Part shown: piece by piece, positions 1 to 10,284 of the stretch
Numbering within the stretch: the first letter of the stretch is position 1
Layout: each line of letters opens with the position of its first letter
Source: Candidatus Azobacteroides sp.
GTDB taxonomy: Bacteria > Bacteroidota > Bacteroidia > Bacteroidales > WRGA01
Assembly: GCA_009787405.1 (NCBI GenBank)
Contig: WRGA01000124.1
Span: 9,706-73,705 of the forward strand
Reading direction: 5' to 3'
Length of the DNA stretch: 64,000 bases
Program-made: the position numbers and the translations under genes
Notes under the pieces: generated by a model
The model's input: the letters and a program-made list of their open reading frames with translations, nothing else
The model's database searches: none
Told to the model about the DNA's origin: nothing

Positions 1-960
1 GAAAAATTTGATCTTATTTTTTGGCTGGTGGTCCTTGTTTTTGTCGGAGTTTTCATATTTTTTATGTTGGATAAATCTTTGACAAAAATTGAACGCGACC
101 GGATAATTGTGATTTTTGTACTTTCGTTTTTCGTGATTTTCTTTTGGAGCGCATTTGAGCAGGCAGGTGCATCGCTTACGATTTTTGCCGACCAAAACGT
201 AAACAGAAATGTGCCTTTCGCTATTAACAAATGGATCATTGTTGCAGTACTTTCCGCTTTGGTTTATTTTCTTTCAAAGTTTTTGGAATGGTTTTTTCTG
301 TGGAAAAAAAATATGCATCTGATTATTTCCACAGTCGGAATTGCAATAATTTTAGGATTGACAATTTCCGGAATAATTTCAACTTTAAGAATTGAGGAAG
401 TTCCTGCAAGTTGGTTTCAGTCTGTCAATCCGTTTGTAATTGTAACTTTTGCTCCCGTGATGATCGGGTTTTGGGGTAAATTGGGCAACAAGCAGCCGTC
501 AGGTTCAACTAAAATGGCATTTGGGTTGCTCTTTGTCTGCCTGGGTTATATTCTCATTGCTTTCGGAGTAAAGGGAGTGAACACCTCAACAAAAATCAGT
601 ATGCTGTGGTTAATCGGTTTATATTTTATTCATACTGTCGGTGAATTGTGTCTTTCGCCGATCGGACAATCAATGGTGGCAAAACTTTCACCGTTGCGTT
701 TTTCATCTCTTCTTATGGGAACATGGTTCATGGCAAACGCAAGCGCAAATAAATTGGCGGGCATGTTGAGCGGATTGCTGCCTGCGGGTGCAGGAGAAAA
801 GGCTGCGGAAACGGTAAGTGTTCCAAAATCAATTTTCGGATATCAAATTACGACCTTATACGATTTCTTCATTATTTTTGTTATTTACAGCGGGATCGCT
901 TCCATAATTTTATTCTTTTTGAGTAAAAAATTAATGAAAATGATGCATGGAATACGCTGA
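1..960 (+). CDS. POT/PTR-family peptide MFS transporter (5'-truncated by window edge)
   Basis: Motifs FFWSAFEQAGASL, PASWFQSVNP and GELCLSPIG, with many TM segments; the frame is open from the window start. Confidence 0.9.
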   Translation, partial: EKFDLIFWLVVLVFVGVFIFFMLDKSLTKIERDRIIVIFVLSFFVIFFWSAFEQAGASLTIFADQNVNRNVPFAINKWIIVAVLSALVYFLSKFLEWFFLWKKNMHLIISTVGIAIILGLTISGIISTLRIEEVPASWFQSVNPFVIVTFAPVMIGFWGKLGNKQPSGSTKMAFGLLFVCLGYILIAFGVKGVNTSTKISMLWLIGLYFIHTVGELCLSPIGQSMVAKLSPLRFSSLLMGTWFMANASANKLAGMLSGLLPAGAGEKAAETVSVPKSIFGYQITTLYDFFIIFVIYSGIASIILFFLSKKLMKMMHGIR

Positions 961-971
961 ATGTTTATTGT

Positions 972-1445
972 TCATTGCCTTTTTCGTCTAAATTCCTGCT
1001 TGCAATTAAAACAATAATATGTTTTTTGAAAAAATGGTGTAGGAAATGTAAACAAGAGTGAGGTGAGCAGAAAGAACCATCCTGCCTTTTTGGATTTGAC
1101 AACTTCTTCTGAACCGCAAATCGGGCAGATTGTTTTTATTCCTTTCATTGCGGTTTGCTGATTATCAGCATGTTTATTCAAACGGGGTGATTCTTTGGAT
1201 GGCTGTAAATCTTCTTCTTTAATATATCCTGTTTCTTTCAGGATTTCAATGGCTTGACTCAAATCACTGTCCTTGACCTGAAGTTTTACTCCGCCGATGG
1301 CGTTGGAATAAAAAGGGAGAACTTGAACTGTCAATTCATCCTGCACAAAACAAGTGATGCCTTCCGACTCCAACCTTCCGCGGATTATCGCGACTTCGTA
1401 TGCAAAAGTAAATGTTAAAACTGTAATGAATTTTTCAGTCTTCAT
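972..1445 (-). CDS. DUF2007 putative signal-transducing protein with C-terminal Zn ribbon
   Basis: IIRGRLESEGITCFVQDE...GGVKLQV motif; CPICGS...CFNC flanking a TM helix. Confidence 0.75.
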   Translation of the reverse strand: MKTEKFITVLTFTFAYEVAIIRGRLESEGITCFVQDELTVQVLPFYSNAIGGVKLQVKDSDLSQAIEILKETGYIKEEDLQPSKESPRLNKHADNQQTAMKGIKTICPICGSEEVVKSKKAGWFFLLTSLLFTFPTPFFQKTYYCFNCKQEFRRKRQ

Positions 1446-1694
1446 GAATTGTATTCGTAAGTATAACTGCCGTGATAACTTGCATTATCGTTCTCCTCCG
1501 TTTTTATAACATATATCATACAAATCACGTACTTATTATCCAAAACGGATTATCGATGTGTAATGTCTGCCAATGCTTCATTAAAAAGTCCAAATCTCCA
1601 TATTTTTTAAATAAAAATAAGCTTCCTGCATCCCTATTTTAAAATTCAAGAATAATAAAACCGATAAAACTTACCTTATCGCTAATCTCTTTAT

Positions 1695-2456
1695 CTAAAA
1701 AATGCTCGTGTTCCCACAGCTTTTTGTCATTCCGGAGTTGAATTGCACCAATTTTTCCCAATCGATCTCTCCGTTGTCATTACAATAAAGATTGGCAAAT
1801 TCTTTCGTGAATTTGTTAATCATTTGCGAGTATGATTTTTGAAACTCTTCGTTTTGTTCCCTCGCTTTGTGTCCTAATGGTTCAATGATGTCAATATAAA
1901 AATTCTCGTTCCCTGAAATGAATGACCAAAATTCTTGTCCGCAATATTTGAAATAATCCCCTTTGTCGGGATTATTATCAATTCCGTAACAGCAACCATT
2001 TACAGCTGTTATATTGAGTTGAGAGTTACTTGTTCTCAGTGTCTTTTTTGCGATTCTAAAGTCGGAAATCATTTTGGCGATTTGACTGCTGTTTCCCCAA
2101 TTCGGGCCCGACTTTATTGTAATGATGTATCTTACTTTGTCTTTGTCAAATTCAAGGTCAATGTTCGGAATCCCTGATTTTCGCCCGTTATATACTTTTT
2201 CATTGATGAAAATGGCTAATCCTTCCAACCAGTCGCCAAAAATTGTTTCTTCATTAGAAGAAATATGAGCATCAACAATACCTCTGATAATCTGCTCCGA
2301 AGTTATTGTATGCTTTGCTTTGAACAAATAAGGATTTTTGCGTTTTAAAACTTTGTCCAATTTCAAATTATCCAAACTCCTTATCCGTTTTTCATGAAAT
2401 ATGCCGATATGGGCTTCAACGTACTGCGCAACGTCTTTTGTGGTCAGCTGTTTCAT
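1695..2456 (-). CDS. Type II restriction endonuclease, PmeII/EcoO109I-like (PD-(D/E)xK)
   Basis: KRKNPYLF, EETIFGDWLE, IDLEF...IKSGPNWGNSSQ; overlaps the 3' end of the DNA methyltransferase. Confidence 0.75.
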   Translation of the reverse strand: MKQLTTKDVAQYVEAHIGIFHEKRIRSLDNLKLDKVLKRKNPYLFKAKHTITSEQIIRGIVDAHISSNEETIFGDWLEGLAIFINEKVYNGRKSGIPNIDLEFDKDKVRYIITIKSGPNWGNSSQIAKMISDFRIAKKTLRTSNSQLNITAVNGCCYGIDNNPDKGDYFKYCGQEFWSFISGNENFYIDIIEPLGHKAREQNEEFQKSYSQMINKFTKEFANLYCNDNGEIDWEKLVQFNSGMTKSCGNTSIF

Positions 2457-3294
2457 ATTCTGCTATGGGTTCCATTAAGTAATATTCTGTCGGGGAAAAT
2501 TGTTGTTTAACTTCTTCGTAATATCCGGAAACAATTTCTATTCCTATTGAATTTCTTCTCATTCGATTAGCGACTTCTATCGTTGTTCCTGAACCCATAA
2601 ACGGATCCAATACAGTATCATTTTCCCGTGTGAACAACTTGATAAACCATTCAGGTAATTCTCTCGGAAAAGCAGCACTGTGGTTTTTATTGTTACATTC
2701 TGTGGCTAAATGAATTACGTTTGTCGGATACACGGTTTCTTTTCCAACCCAATTGGAAACGTTTTTCCCGAATCCGCTGCCGTTTTTTGCATTATCCCGG
2801 ATTTTATCCGTTTTACTTAAATTTTTCAACCGGTCTTTTGCCCAATCTCCAATGGGGACTTTTACAGCGTCTTGGTACATGTTGAATTTTTTTTCTTTAT
2901 TGAACTGTAAAAGTCTTTCCCATGCATCGCGAAAGCGATTTGACCATTTACCGGGAAAACAGTTTTTTTTGTGCCAGATAAATTCTTCTGTCCAAAGCCA
3001 ACCTTGTTTTCTCATTTCGAGAATAAGTTCCATGACGTATGTACTCCGTTCCCCGCCAACAACTTTTTCTTTAATATTTAAAATAAATGTTCCTGTGGGT
3101 TTCAGAACCCGGAGAAGTTCTTTGGAAACAGGTAAAAACCACTCGACATACTCATCAACTTTTACGCCGCCGTATGTTGATTGTCGTTGGTCTGCGTATG
3201 GCGGTGAAGTTACAATCAAGTCAACCGAGCTGCCGGGAATTTTCTTTAATTCTTCCCGACAATCACCCAAGTATAAATCTGTTTTTAATTCCAT
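2416..3294 (-). CDS. Site-specific amino-DNA methyltransferase (beta class, probably N4-C)
   Basis: TSPPY (motif IV) precedes VLDPFMGSGTT (motif I); start moved to ATG 3294, downstream of a TACTTTTG -7 box. Confidence 0.9.
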   Translation of the reverse strand: MELKTDLYLGDCREELKKIPGSSVDLIVTSPPYADQRQSTYGGVKVDEYVEWFLPVSKELLRVLKPTGTFILNIKEKVVGGERSTYVMELILEMRKQGWLWTEEFIWHKKNCFPGKWSNRFRDAWERLLQFNKEKKFNMYQDAVKVPIGDWAKDRLKNLSKTDKIRDNAKNGSGFGKNVSNWVGKETVYPTNVIHLATECNNKNHSAAFPRELPEWFIKLFTRENDTVLDPFMGSGTTIEVANRMRRNSIGIEIVSGYYEEVKQQFSPTEYYLMEPIAEYETADHKRRCAVR

Positions 3295-3468
3295 TTTATT
3301 CAATCTTGCATCACAAAAGTACACTTTTTTTCGTATGGTTCATTGGTTTGGATCGGGAGCGTTACAAAATTGAAAAAGCTGACAAAATTGCAGGATTTTA
3401 AGTTTGGCAAACAAATTGTTGTATATTTTTAAATAATTTATTTAAAAAAGAAAAGAAAGGAGTCCTGC

Positions 3469-6060
3469 ATGAATTTTAATAACTTTACGGTTAAGTCACA
3501 AGAAGCTGTTCAAAAAGCGATAAATCTTACCGGAAACAACGGACAACAAGCCATTGAACCGGCTCATCTCCTGAAAGGAGTGATGGGAGAAGGGGAGGAT
3601 GTGGTCAATTTCCTGTTCCAAAAATTAGGCGTTAATACTCAAAATATATCTTTGGTACTTGATAAATTAATAAGTGGTTATCCCAAAGTTTCGGGAGGCG
3701 AGCCTTATTTGAGTCGCGAATCAAATGCCGTTTTGCAAAAAGCGATCGATTATTCTTCGAAAATGGGCGATTCATTTGTTTCACTGGAACATATTTTGTT
3801 GGCTTTGCTCACCGAGAAGAGCGATATTTCCGTTATGCTCAAAGATGCGGGAATGACCGAGAAAGAGCTGAGGACAGCCATTGATGAACTTCGTAAAGGA
3901 TCGAAAGTAAATTCGGCTTCGGCGGAAGAAACCTATAATGCATTGGCTAAATATGCCGTTAATTTGAATGAACGCGCCCGGTCGGGAAAATTGGATCCGG
4001 TAATCGGGAGAGACGACGAAATCCGGCGCGTACTGCAAATCCTCAGTCGGAGAACCAAAAATAATCCGATTCTGATCGGTGAACCCGGTGTCGGTAAAAC
4101 GGCCATTGCGGAAGGTTTGGCGCACCGGATCGTTCGCGGAGATGTGCCCGAAAATTTGAAGTCCAAACAAATTTATTCATTGGACATGGGAGCTTTGATT
4201 GCCGGCGCCAAATATAAGGGGGAATTTGAAGAACGGTTGAAATCTGTTGTCAATGAGGTGATCAGCGCGGAAGGGGAAATTATTCTTTTCATTGATGAAA
4301 TTCATACGTTGGTCGGCGCCGGAAAAGGGGAAGGAGCCATGGATGCCGCCAATATTCTGAAACCTGCCCTGGCGCGGGGAGAACTTCGTTCCATCGGCGC
4401 TACGACATTGGATGAATATCAAAAGTATTTTGAAAAGGACAAGGCGTTGGAACGTCGTTTCCAGATCGTCATGGTGGACGAACCGGACGAAATGAGCGCG
4501 ATTTCCATTCTTCGGGGATTGAAGGAACGGTATGAAAATCATCATAAAGTGAGGATTAAAGATGATGCCATCATTGCCGCCGTGCAATTGTCGCACCGGT
4601 ATATCACCGATCGTTTTTTGCCTGACAAAGCGATTGATCTGATCGATGAGGCGGCTGCCAAACTCCGGCTGGAAATTGATTCGGTTCCGCAGGAATTGGA
4701 CGATATCAGCCGTCGGATCAAACAATTGGAAATTGAACGCGAAGCCATCAAACGCGAAAATGATCAGTCGAAATTGACGTTGTTGAACAAACAGATTGCG
4801 GATCTGAAGGAAGAAGAAACCTCATATCATGCCAAATGGCAGGCGGAAAAGGAGATTGTGAATAAAATCCAACAAAATAAAATTGAATTGGAAAATCTCC
4901 GGTTTGAAGCCGACCGGGCCGAACGCGAAGGAAATTACGGGTTGGTGGCCGAAATCCGATACGGTAAAATCAAATCGAAAGAAGAAGAAAATAAAAAATA
5001 CGAACTGGAATTGCAGGAATTGCAATCATCGGGAAAGGCTTTGATTAAAGAAGAAGTGGATACGGAAGATATTGCCGATATTGTTTCCCGCTGGACCGGC
5101 ATTCCCGTCAATAAAATGCTTCAGACCGAAAAAGACAAGTTGTTGAATTTGGAGGCCGAATTGCATAAACGGGTCGTGGGGCAAGATGAAGCGATTGAAG
5201 CGGTTGCCAATGCCGTCAGAAGAAGTCGCAGCGGCTTGCAGGATCCGAAACGTCCGATCGGTTCGTTTATTTTTCTGGGAACCACCGGTGTCGGTAAAAC
5301 CGAATTGGCCAAGGCTTTGGCGGAAGTATTGTTTGATGACGATAATATGATGACGCGGATTGATATGAGCGAGTATCAGGAAAAATTCAGCGTCAGCCGG
5401 TTAATCGGCTCGCCTCCCGGATATGTGGGATATGAAGAAGGCGGACAATTGACGGAAGCTATCCGCCGTAAACCGTATTCCGTTGTGTTGTTCGACGAAA
5501 TTGAAAAGGCGCATCCGGACGTGTTCAATATTTTGCTTCAGGTTTTGGATGACGGACGATTGACGGATAACAAAGGGCGTGTGGTGAATTTTAAAAACAC
5601 GATTATCATCATGACTTCCAACATGGGATCGGCTCTCATTCGGGAAAGCTTCGAAAAAATCAATCCGTCGAACCGGGAAGAAGTGATTGAAAAAACCAAA
5701 AATCAGGTGCTTGATTTGTTGAAACAAACCATCCGTCCCGAATTTTTGAATCGGATCGATGAAATCATCATGTTTACCCCATTGGATGAAAAAGAAATTA
5801 AACAAATCGTTCAAATTCAACTTGACGGCGTGAAGAAAATTCTCGAAGGCAGCGGCTTGCAACTCGAATTTACAGACGATGCGTTGAATTTCATCTCCGA
5901 AGAAGGATATAATCCGGAGTTCGGGGCAAGACCGGTCAAACGGGTGATACAAAAATATGTGTTAAATGAATTATCCAAAGAAATCATCAGCGAAAAGGTG
6001 GATAAATCCCGGTCGATCATCGTGGATTATTTCGGCGAAGGATTGGTATTCAGAAACTGA
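3469..6060 (+). CDS. clpB: ATP-dependent chaperone ClpB
   Basis: Two AAA modules ([16 protein letters not shown]), long coiled-coil M domain, 863 aa. Confidence 0.97.
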   Translation: MNFNNFTVKSQEAVQKAINLTGNNGQQAIEPAHLLKGVMGEGEDVVNFLFQKLGVNTQNISLVLDKLISGYPKVSGGEPYLSRESNAVLQKAIDYSSKMGDSFVSLEHILLALLTEKSDISVMLKDAGMTEKELRTAIDELRKGSKVNSASAEETYNALAKYAVNLNERARSGKLDPVIGRDDEIRRVLQILSRRTKNNPILIGEPGVGKTAIAEGLAHRIVRGDVPENLKSKQIYSLDMGALIAGAKYKGEFEERLKSVVNEVISAEGEIILFIDEIHTLVGAGKGEGAMDAANILKPALARGELRSIGATTLDEYQKYFEKDKALERRFQIVMVDEPDEMSAISILRGLKERYENHHKVRIKDDAIIAAVQLSHRYITDRFLPDKAIDLIDEAAAKLRLEIDSVPQELDDISRRIKQLEIEREAIKRENDQSKLTLLNKQIADLKEEETSYHAKWQAEKEIVNKIQQNKIELENLRFEADRAEREGNYGLVAEIRYGKIKSKEEENKKYELELQELQSSGKALIKEEVDTEDIADIVSRWTGIPVNKMLQTEKDKLLNLEAELHKRVVGQDEAIEAVANAVRRSRSGLQDPKRPIGSFIFLGTTGVGKTELAKALAEVLFDDDNMMTRIDMSEYQEKFSVSRLIGSPPGYVGYEEGGQLTEAIRRKPYSVVLFDEIEKAHPDVFNILLQVLDDGRLTDNKGRVVNFKNTIIIMTSNMGSALIRESFEKINPSNREEVIEKTKNQVLDLLKQTIRPEFLNRIDEIIMFTPLDEKEIKQIVQIQLDGVKKILEGSGLQLEFTDDALNFISEEGYNPEFGARPVKRVIQKYVLNELSKEIISEKVDKSRSIIVDYFGEGLVFRN

Positions 6061-6213
6061 ACGGAATATCGGGTATTACTCTGATTGTGCAAAAGTAAAT
6101 TTCAATAAAACCCTCCTAAAATAGTTTTTATTTTTTATTCGAAATACGTATAATGGAATGAAGGATTTATGTATTTTTGCCTTGTTTGATGTTCACGTTA
6201 TAAACAACACACT

Positions 6214-6789
6214 ATGAATGATGAAAAAAACATGATGGAAAAGATCAGGCAAATGAGAGAGTCGAAAAATATCAGTTTGGAAGAATTGGCCGAACGTTCG
6301 GGTTTGGCTCTCGATAAGTTGAAATGCATCGAAAAAACTACGAGGCTTCCCTCTTTATGGACAAGTTCCAAAATTGCGGCGGCTTTGGACATGAAATTGG
6401 AAGATTTCTTGAAAGAAATCGAAGGGGGCGGGCCTGTCATTTCACGGAAAAATGATCGTGGCGTCGGGGAAAATAACACAAACTATTCCAATCGTCCTAA
6501 AAAACACATGCACTATTATGCGCTCTCGGAATCCAAGGGCGGGCGGCACATGGAGCCTTTTATCATCGATGTCGACCGCTCGGCTGACGTGGATTTTGTA
6601 TTGTCCACTCATGAAGGCGAAGAATTTATTTATGTACTGGACGGTTCCGTGGATATTACTTACGGAAATAATCTGTATCATCTGGAGGAAGGCGATTGCA
6701 TCTATTACGATTCGGTTGTCGAACATCAGATGCGTGCGGGGAATAATCGAAAAGCGAAAATATTGGCGGTGGTTTATCTGCCGGTTTGA
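6214..6789 (+). CDS. XRE-family HTH regulator with cupin domain
   Basis: N-terminal HTH (SLEELAERSGL); C-terminal HEGEEFIYVLDG...YYDSVVEH cupin. Confidence 0.9.
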   Translation: MNDEKNMMEKIRQMRESKNISLEELAERSGLALDKLKCIEKTTRLPSLWTSSKIAAALDMKLEDFLKEIEGGGPVISRKNDRGVGENNTNYSNRPKKHMHYYALSESKGGRHMEPFIIDVDRSADVDFVLSTHEGEEFIYVLDGSVDITYGNNLYHLEEGDCIYYDSVVEHQMRAGNNRKAKILAVVYLPV

Positions 6790-6809
6790 ACTTCTGAAAT
6801 AAACAAAAA

Positions 6810-8666
6810 ATGAAATCTTTTACGAGTGGTCTGCTTTTATGGATGGTCTTTTTCCCCGCTTTTTCTCAAGAAGCGGGAAATTTCGACTTGAAATATCAGC
6901 GGTGCGAATGGACTGTTGATCCGAATGTCGCTGAATTATCCGGTAAAATCACGTATTATTTCACGGGTGTGCAAAATGACGTGCGGGAAGTCTCGTTCAA
7001 TTTATCTCCCGGCATGACGATCGATGCGGTTGAGCGGAACAATGCTTCTCTTTCTTATTCCCGTTCCGATAATGTGATCCGGATTGACCTGCCCGAAGCT
7101 GTTTCCACGGAGAGATCAGATTCTTTGTCGATTTCTTATCATGGAGTCCCTGATCCCACGGGATTCGGTTCTTATGTACGGAGTCAGCACAACGGCGTTC
7201 CGATTGTTTGGACGCTTTCCGAGCCTTACGGAGCCGAAGATTGGTTTCCGTGTAAAAATGATTTGACCGATAAGGTCGATTCGATTGATATTTTTGTCAC
7301 GGCTCCCGACGGGAATCGCGTTGCGTCAAACGGTGTGCTTGTTTCGGTGACGCCGACAACCGCTGACCGGAATATTCACCACTGGAAAATGCGTTATCCC
7401 GTCGCCGCTTACCTGATTGCCATTGCGGTTACTAATTATGCCGTTTACAGCGATTGGTATAACCGGAGTGATGCCGACAAGCTGGAAATATTGAATTACG
7501 TTTATCCGGAACGTCTCGAAACGAGGAAAACGGAAACTCCGGCGATTATTCCGATTTTGCAATTTTTTGAAGAGAAATTCGGACGATATCCGTTTTCCGA
7601 TGAAAAATACGGACACGCCGAATTTGGATGGGGCGGGGGAATGGAAAATCAAACCATGTCTTTTATGGTCAATTTCGGATATGAATTGATGGCGCACGAA
7701 TTGGCGCATCAATGGTTCGGAGATATGATCACATGCGGCTCGTGGCATGACATCTGGCTGAATGAAGGGTTTGCAACGTATGCGACGGCATTGTTTCAGG
7801 AAAAAACATATCCCGCCGATTGGGAAAATTGGAAAATTTCCCGGATCAATGATGTCACTTCCGTTCCCGACGGTTCGGTATACCGATATGATATTTCAAG
7901 CAACAGCGTGATTTTTCCCAATCGATATACTTACAGTAAAGGGGCTCTCGTGTTGCACATGTTGCGGTTTGTCTTGGGTGATGAACAATTTTTCGATGCC
8001 CTGTGGAATTATGCACACGATCCGACGTTGCAATTTAATTTTGCTTTTACCGCTGATTTGCGGAATCACTTTGAAGCTGTTTCGGGAAAAGATTTATCCG
8101 AATTTTTTGATACATGGATTTACAAAGAAGGATATCCGGTTTATGATATATCCGTGAATCAGACGAGTCTCGACAATGCTTCCGTAACGATTCGGCAAAC
8201 TCCGTCTCATGCTTCCGTCTCCTGTTTTAAAATGCCGCTTCCTTTTAAATTTTTCGGAACGGAAAATGAAAGCAGCGAATTTGTTTTTTATAATGACCTG
8301 CCGGAACAAAGTTTTACGTTCGATCCCGGATTTCAAATCTCAAATGTCGTATTCGATCCCGACAAGTGGATTTTGTGTAAATCTCAACTTGCGTTGACCA
8401 CCGGAATTGATGTTGTAGACAATGATTTGATTTTGAATGTGTTGCCAAATCCTGCGCAAGATTTTGTGACCGTGAATGTTAAACCCGGAATTTCCGCGAG
8501 CTGGGTGCTATCCGATGTTTCGGGCAAAACATTGAAAACGGGAGGCCCCGTACCGGAAAATGAATTTGTCATCGATCTTTCCGGGTTTTACCCGGGCGTT
8601 TACTTGATTACTTTCCTGACGGATGCCGGAAAAATCACAAAGAAATTGATGATCGCAAAGAAATAG
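6810..8666 (+). CDS. M1-family Zn aminopeptidase with T9SS C-terminal sorting domain
   Basis: Signal peptide; GGMEN and HELAHQWFG...WLNEGFA; C-terminal PNPAQD...GVYLI...KKLMI. Confidence 0.9.
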   Translation: MKSFTSGLLLWMVFFPAFSQEAGNFDLKYQRCEWTVDPNVAELSGKITYYFTGVQNDVREVSFNLSPGMTIDAVERNNASLSYSRSDNVIRIDLPEAVSTERSDSLSISYHGVPDPTGFGSYVRSQHNGVPIVWTLSEPYGAEDWFPCKNDLTDKVDSIDIFVTAPDGNRVASNGVLVSVTPTTADRNIHHWKMRYPVAAYLIAIAVTNYAVYSDWYNRSDADKLEILNYVYPERLETRKTETPAIIPILQFFEEKFGRYPFSDEKYGHAEFGWGGGMENQTMSFMVNFGYELMAHELAHQWFGDMITCGSWHDIWLNEGFATYATALFQEKTYPADWENWKISRINDVTSVPDGSVYRYDISSNSVIFPNRYTYSKGALVLHMLRFVLGDEQFFDALWNYAHDPTLQFNFAFTADLRNHFEAVSGKDLSEFFDTWIYKEGYPVYDISVNQTSLDNASVTIRQTPSHASVSCFKMPLPFKFFGTENESSEFVFYNDLPEQSFTFDPGFQISNVVFDPDKWILCKSQLALTTGIDVVDNDLILNVLPNPAQDFVTVNVKPGISASWVLSDVSGKTLKTGGPVPENEFVIDLSGFYPGVYLITFLTDAGKITKKLMIAKK

Positions 8667-8670
8667 CGGA

Positions 8671-8809
8671 TAAGTACCCGGCAGAATTTAATACCTACTA
8701 TTTTAAACGCAAAGATGCAAAGACACAAAATGACAAAGAATTTAAACTTCACGTCTTCATGTCTTTGTGACTTTGCGTTTAAAATATAAACGCTTTTACG
8801 ACATACTTA
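8671..8809. mobile_element. ~140 bp MITE-like palindromic repeat, copy 1
   Basis: Ends TAAGTA...TACTTA; internal hairpin TTTTAAACGCAAAG...CTTTGCGTTTAAAA; related copies elsewhere in the window. Confidence 0.7.
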
Positions 8810-10116
8810 TGATTTTAAATATTCTTTTTACCATCATTTTGGTTCTGTTTAACGGCTTTTTTGTGGCGGCGGAATTTGCCATTGTAAAAGTGCGTACCTC
8901 TCAGTTGGAATTGAAATCGAGGGAAGGGAATAATGCCGCAACTCTTTCCAAAAAAATTGTTTCTCATTTGGATGCTTATCTGGCGGCTACACAACTCGGT
9001 ATTACGCTGGCGAGTTTGGGACTCGGTTGGATCGGTGAACCGATGGTGTCTCGCATCATTCTGGGAATAATGAATTTTTTCGGAATAGAGTTGGATCCGA
9101 AGTTGGCGAAAAATATCGCTTTGCCGCTTGCTTTTGTCATTATCACGGTTTTGCATATCGTATTCGGAGAATTGGCCCCCAAGTCGCTGGCCATACAACG
9201 TCCGCAAAAAACAACGTTAGCCGTCAGTTATCCCTTGTATTTTTTTCATTTGCTGTTTAAACCGTTTATCTGGATTTTGAACGGAATCGCCAATTTTTTC
9301 ATTCAATTAATGGGGTTTTCTTCCCCTCTCAATGCGGAGGAACATTCCAGCGAAGAACTGAAATATCTGGTCGAACAGGAAAAAGACCGCGGAACCATTG
9401 AAGAAACGGATTATAATTTGATCAAAAACGCATTCGGTTTTTCCGATCATACGGCCCGGCAACTGATGGTGCCGCGGATGCAAATTGTTGCCGTGGATGT
9501 GGATCATTTTGATGATGCCGTGATCGAAAAACTGATCGACGAGGGATATTCCCGTATTCCTTGTTATAAGGATAATTTAGACAATATCGTGGGAATCATT
9601 CACTTAAAGGATATATTGTCTTTGGAGCATAAAAAAATGCCGATTCGGATTGATGATATTCTCCGGCCGGCTTATTTTGTTCCGGGAAACAAACGTGTCG
9701 GGCATTTGTTGCAGGATTTGCAGATCAACCGGCAGCAACTCGCCGTTGTTGTCGATGAATACGGCGGAACAAAGGGTATTATCACGATGGAGGATATCAT
9801 GGAAGAATTGGTGGGTGAAATTCAGGATGAATACGACGATGAAACTCCCGTCGTCGAAAAAACAGCCGGAAATGTTTATTTGGTCAAGGCTTCGGCTCCT
9901 CTCGACGATATTAACGAAATGCTCCCTCATCCCTTTGAAAAAAACGGGAATTATGAAACGTTGGCGGGATTGTTGAACTTCAAATTCGGGAAAATACCCG
10001 ACATGAACGAAAAAATTGAAACGGAAAAGTATGAAATTACGGTGGTTTCGAAAGATAAGAATTTTATAGAAACGGTTTCGCTTACGGATTTGGAGAAAGA
10101 ACGCCCGGATAAATAG
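8809..10116 (+). CDS. Hemolysin/CorC-HlyC (CNNM + CBS) family transporter
   Basis: NGFFVAAEFAIV, TQLGITLASLGLGW, GELAPKS, GYSRIP, VVDEYGG; start at ATG 8809 because the upstream frame lies in the repeat. Confidence 0.92.
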   Translation: MILNILFTIILVLFNGFFVAAEFAIVKVRTSQLELKSREGNNAATLSKKIVSHLDAYLAATQLGITLASLGLGWIGEPMVSRIILGIMNFFGIELDPKLAKNIALPLAFVIITVLHIVFGELAPKSLAIQRPQKTTLAVSYPLYFFHLLFKPFIWILNGIANFFIQLMGFSSPLNAEEHSSEELKYLVEQEKDRGTIEETDYNLIKNAFGFSDHTARQLMVPRMQIVAVDVDHFDDAVIEKLIDEGYSRIPCYKDNLDNIVGIIHLKDILSLEHKKMPIRIDDILRPAYFVPGNKRVGHLLQDLQINRQQLAVVVDEYGGTKGIITMEDIMEELVGEIQDEYDDETPVVEKTAGNVYLVKASAPLDDINEMLPHPFEKNGNYETLAGLLNFKFGKIPDMNEKIETEKYEITVVSKDKNFIETVSLTDLEKERPDK

Positions 10117-10209
10117 TTTTTTTCACTACGAACCGATTAAAATTCAGTCGTGTTTTTATTGATCCGGTATTCAGTTAATTATATTTCCAACCGATTATTT
10201 TTCAAAACG

Positions 10210-10236
10210 TACTTCCTCCGGCATGGCGGAGGAGTA
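10210..10236. terminator. Hairpin between convergent corC-like gene and leuS
   Basis: TACTTCCTCCG-GCATGG-CGGAGGAGTA imperfect stem. Confidence 0.45.
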
Positions 10237-10284
10237 TGCCTTGAAATATGTTTTAAAACTATCAACTTATTTGTTCCTCATGCC

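Noticed and set aside
3469-6060. Complete CGG->Trp genetic code reassignment
   Set aside because: CGG encodes invariant Arg in ClpB (e.g. EIRR, LSRR) and most conserved Trp are TGG.
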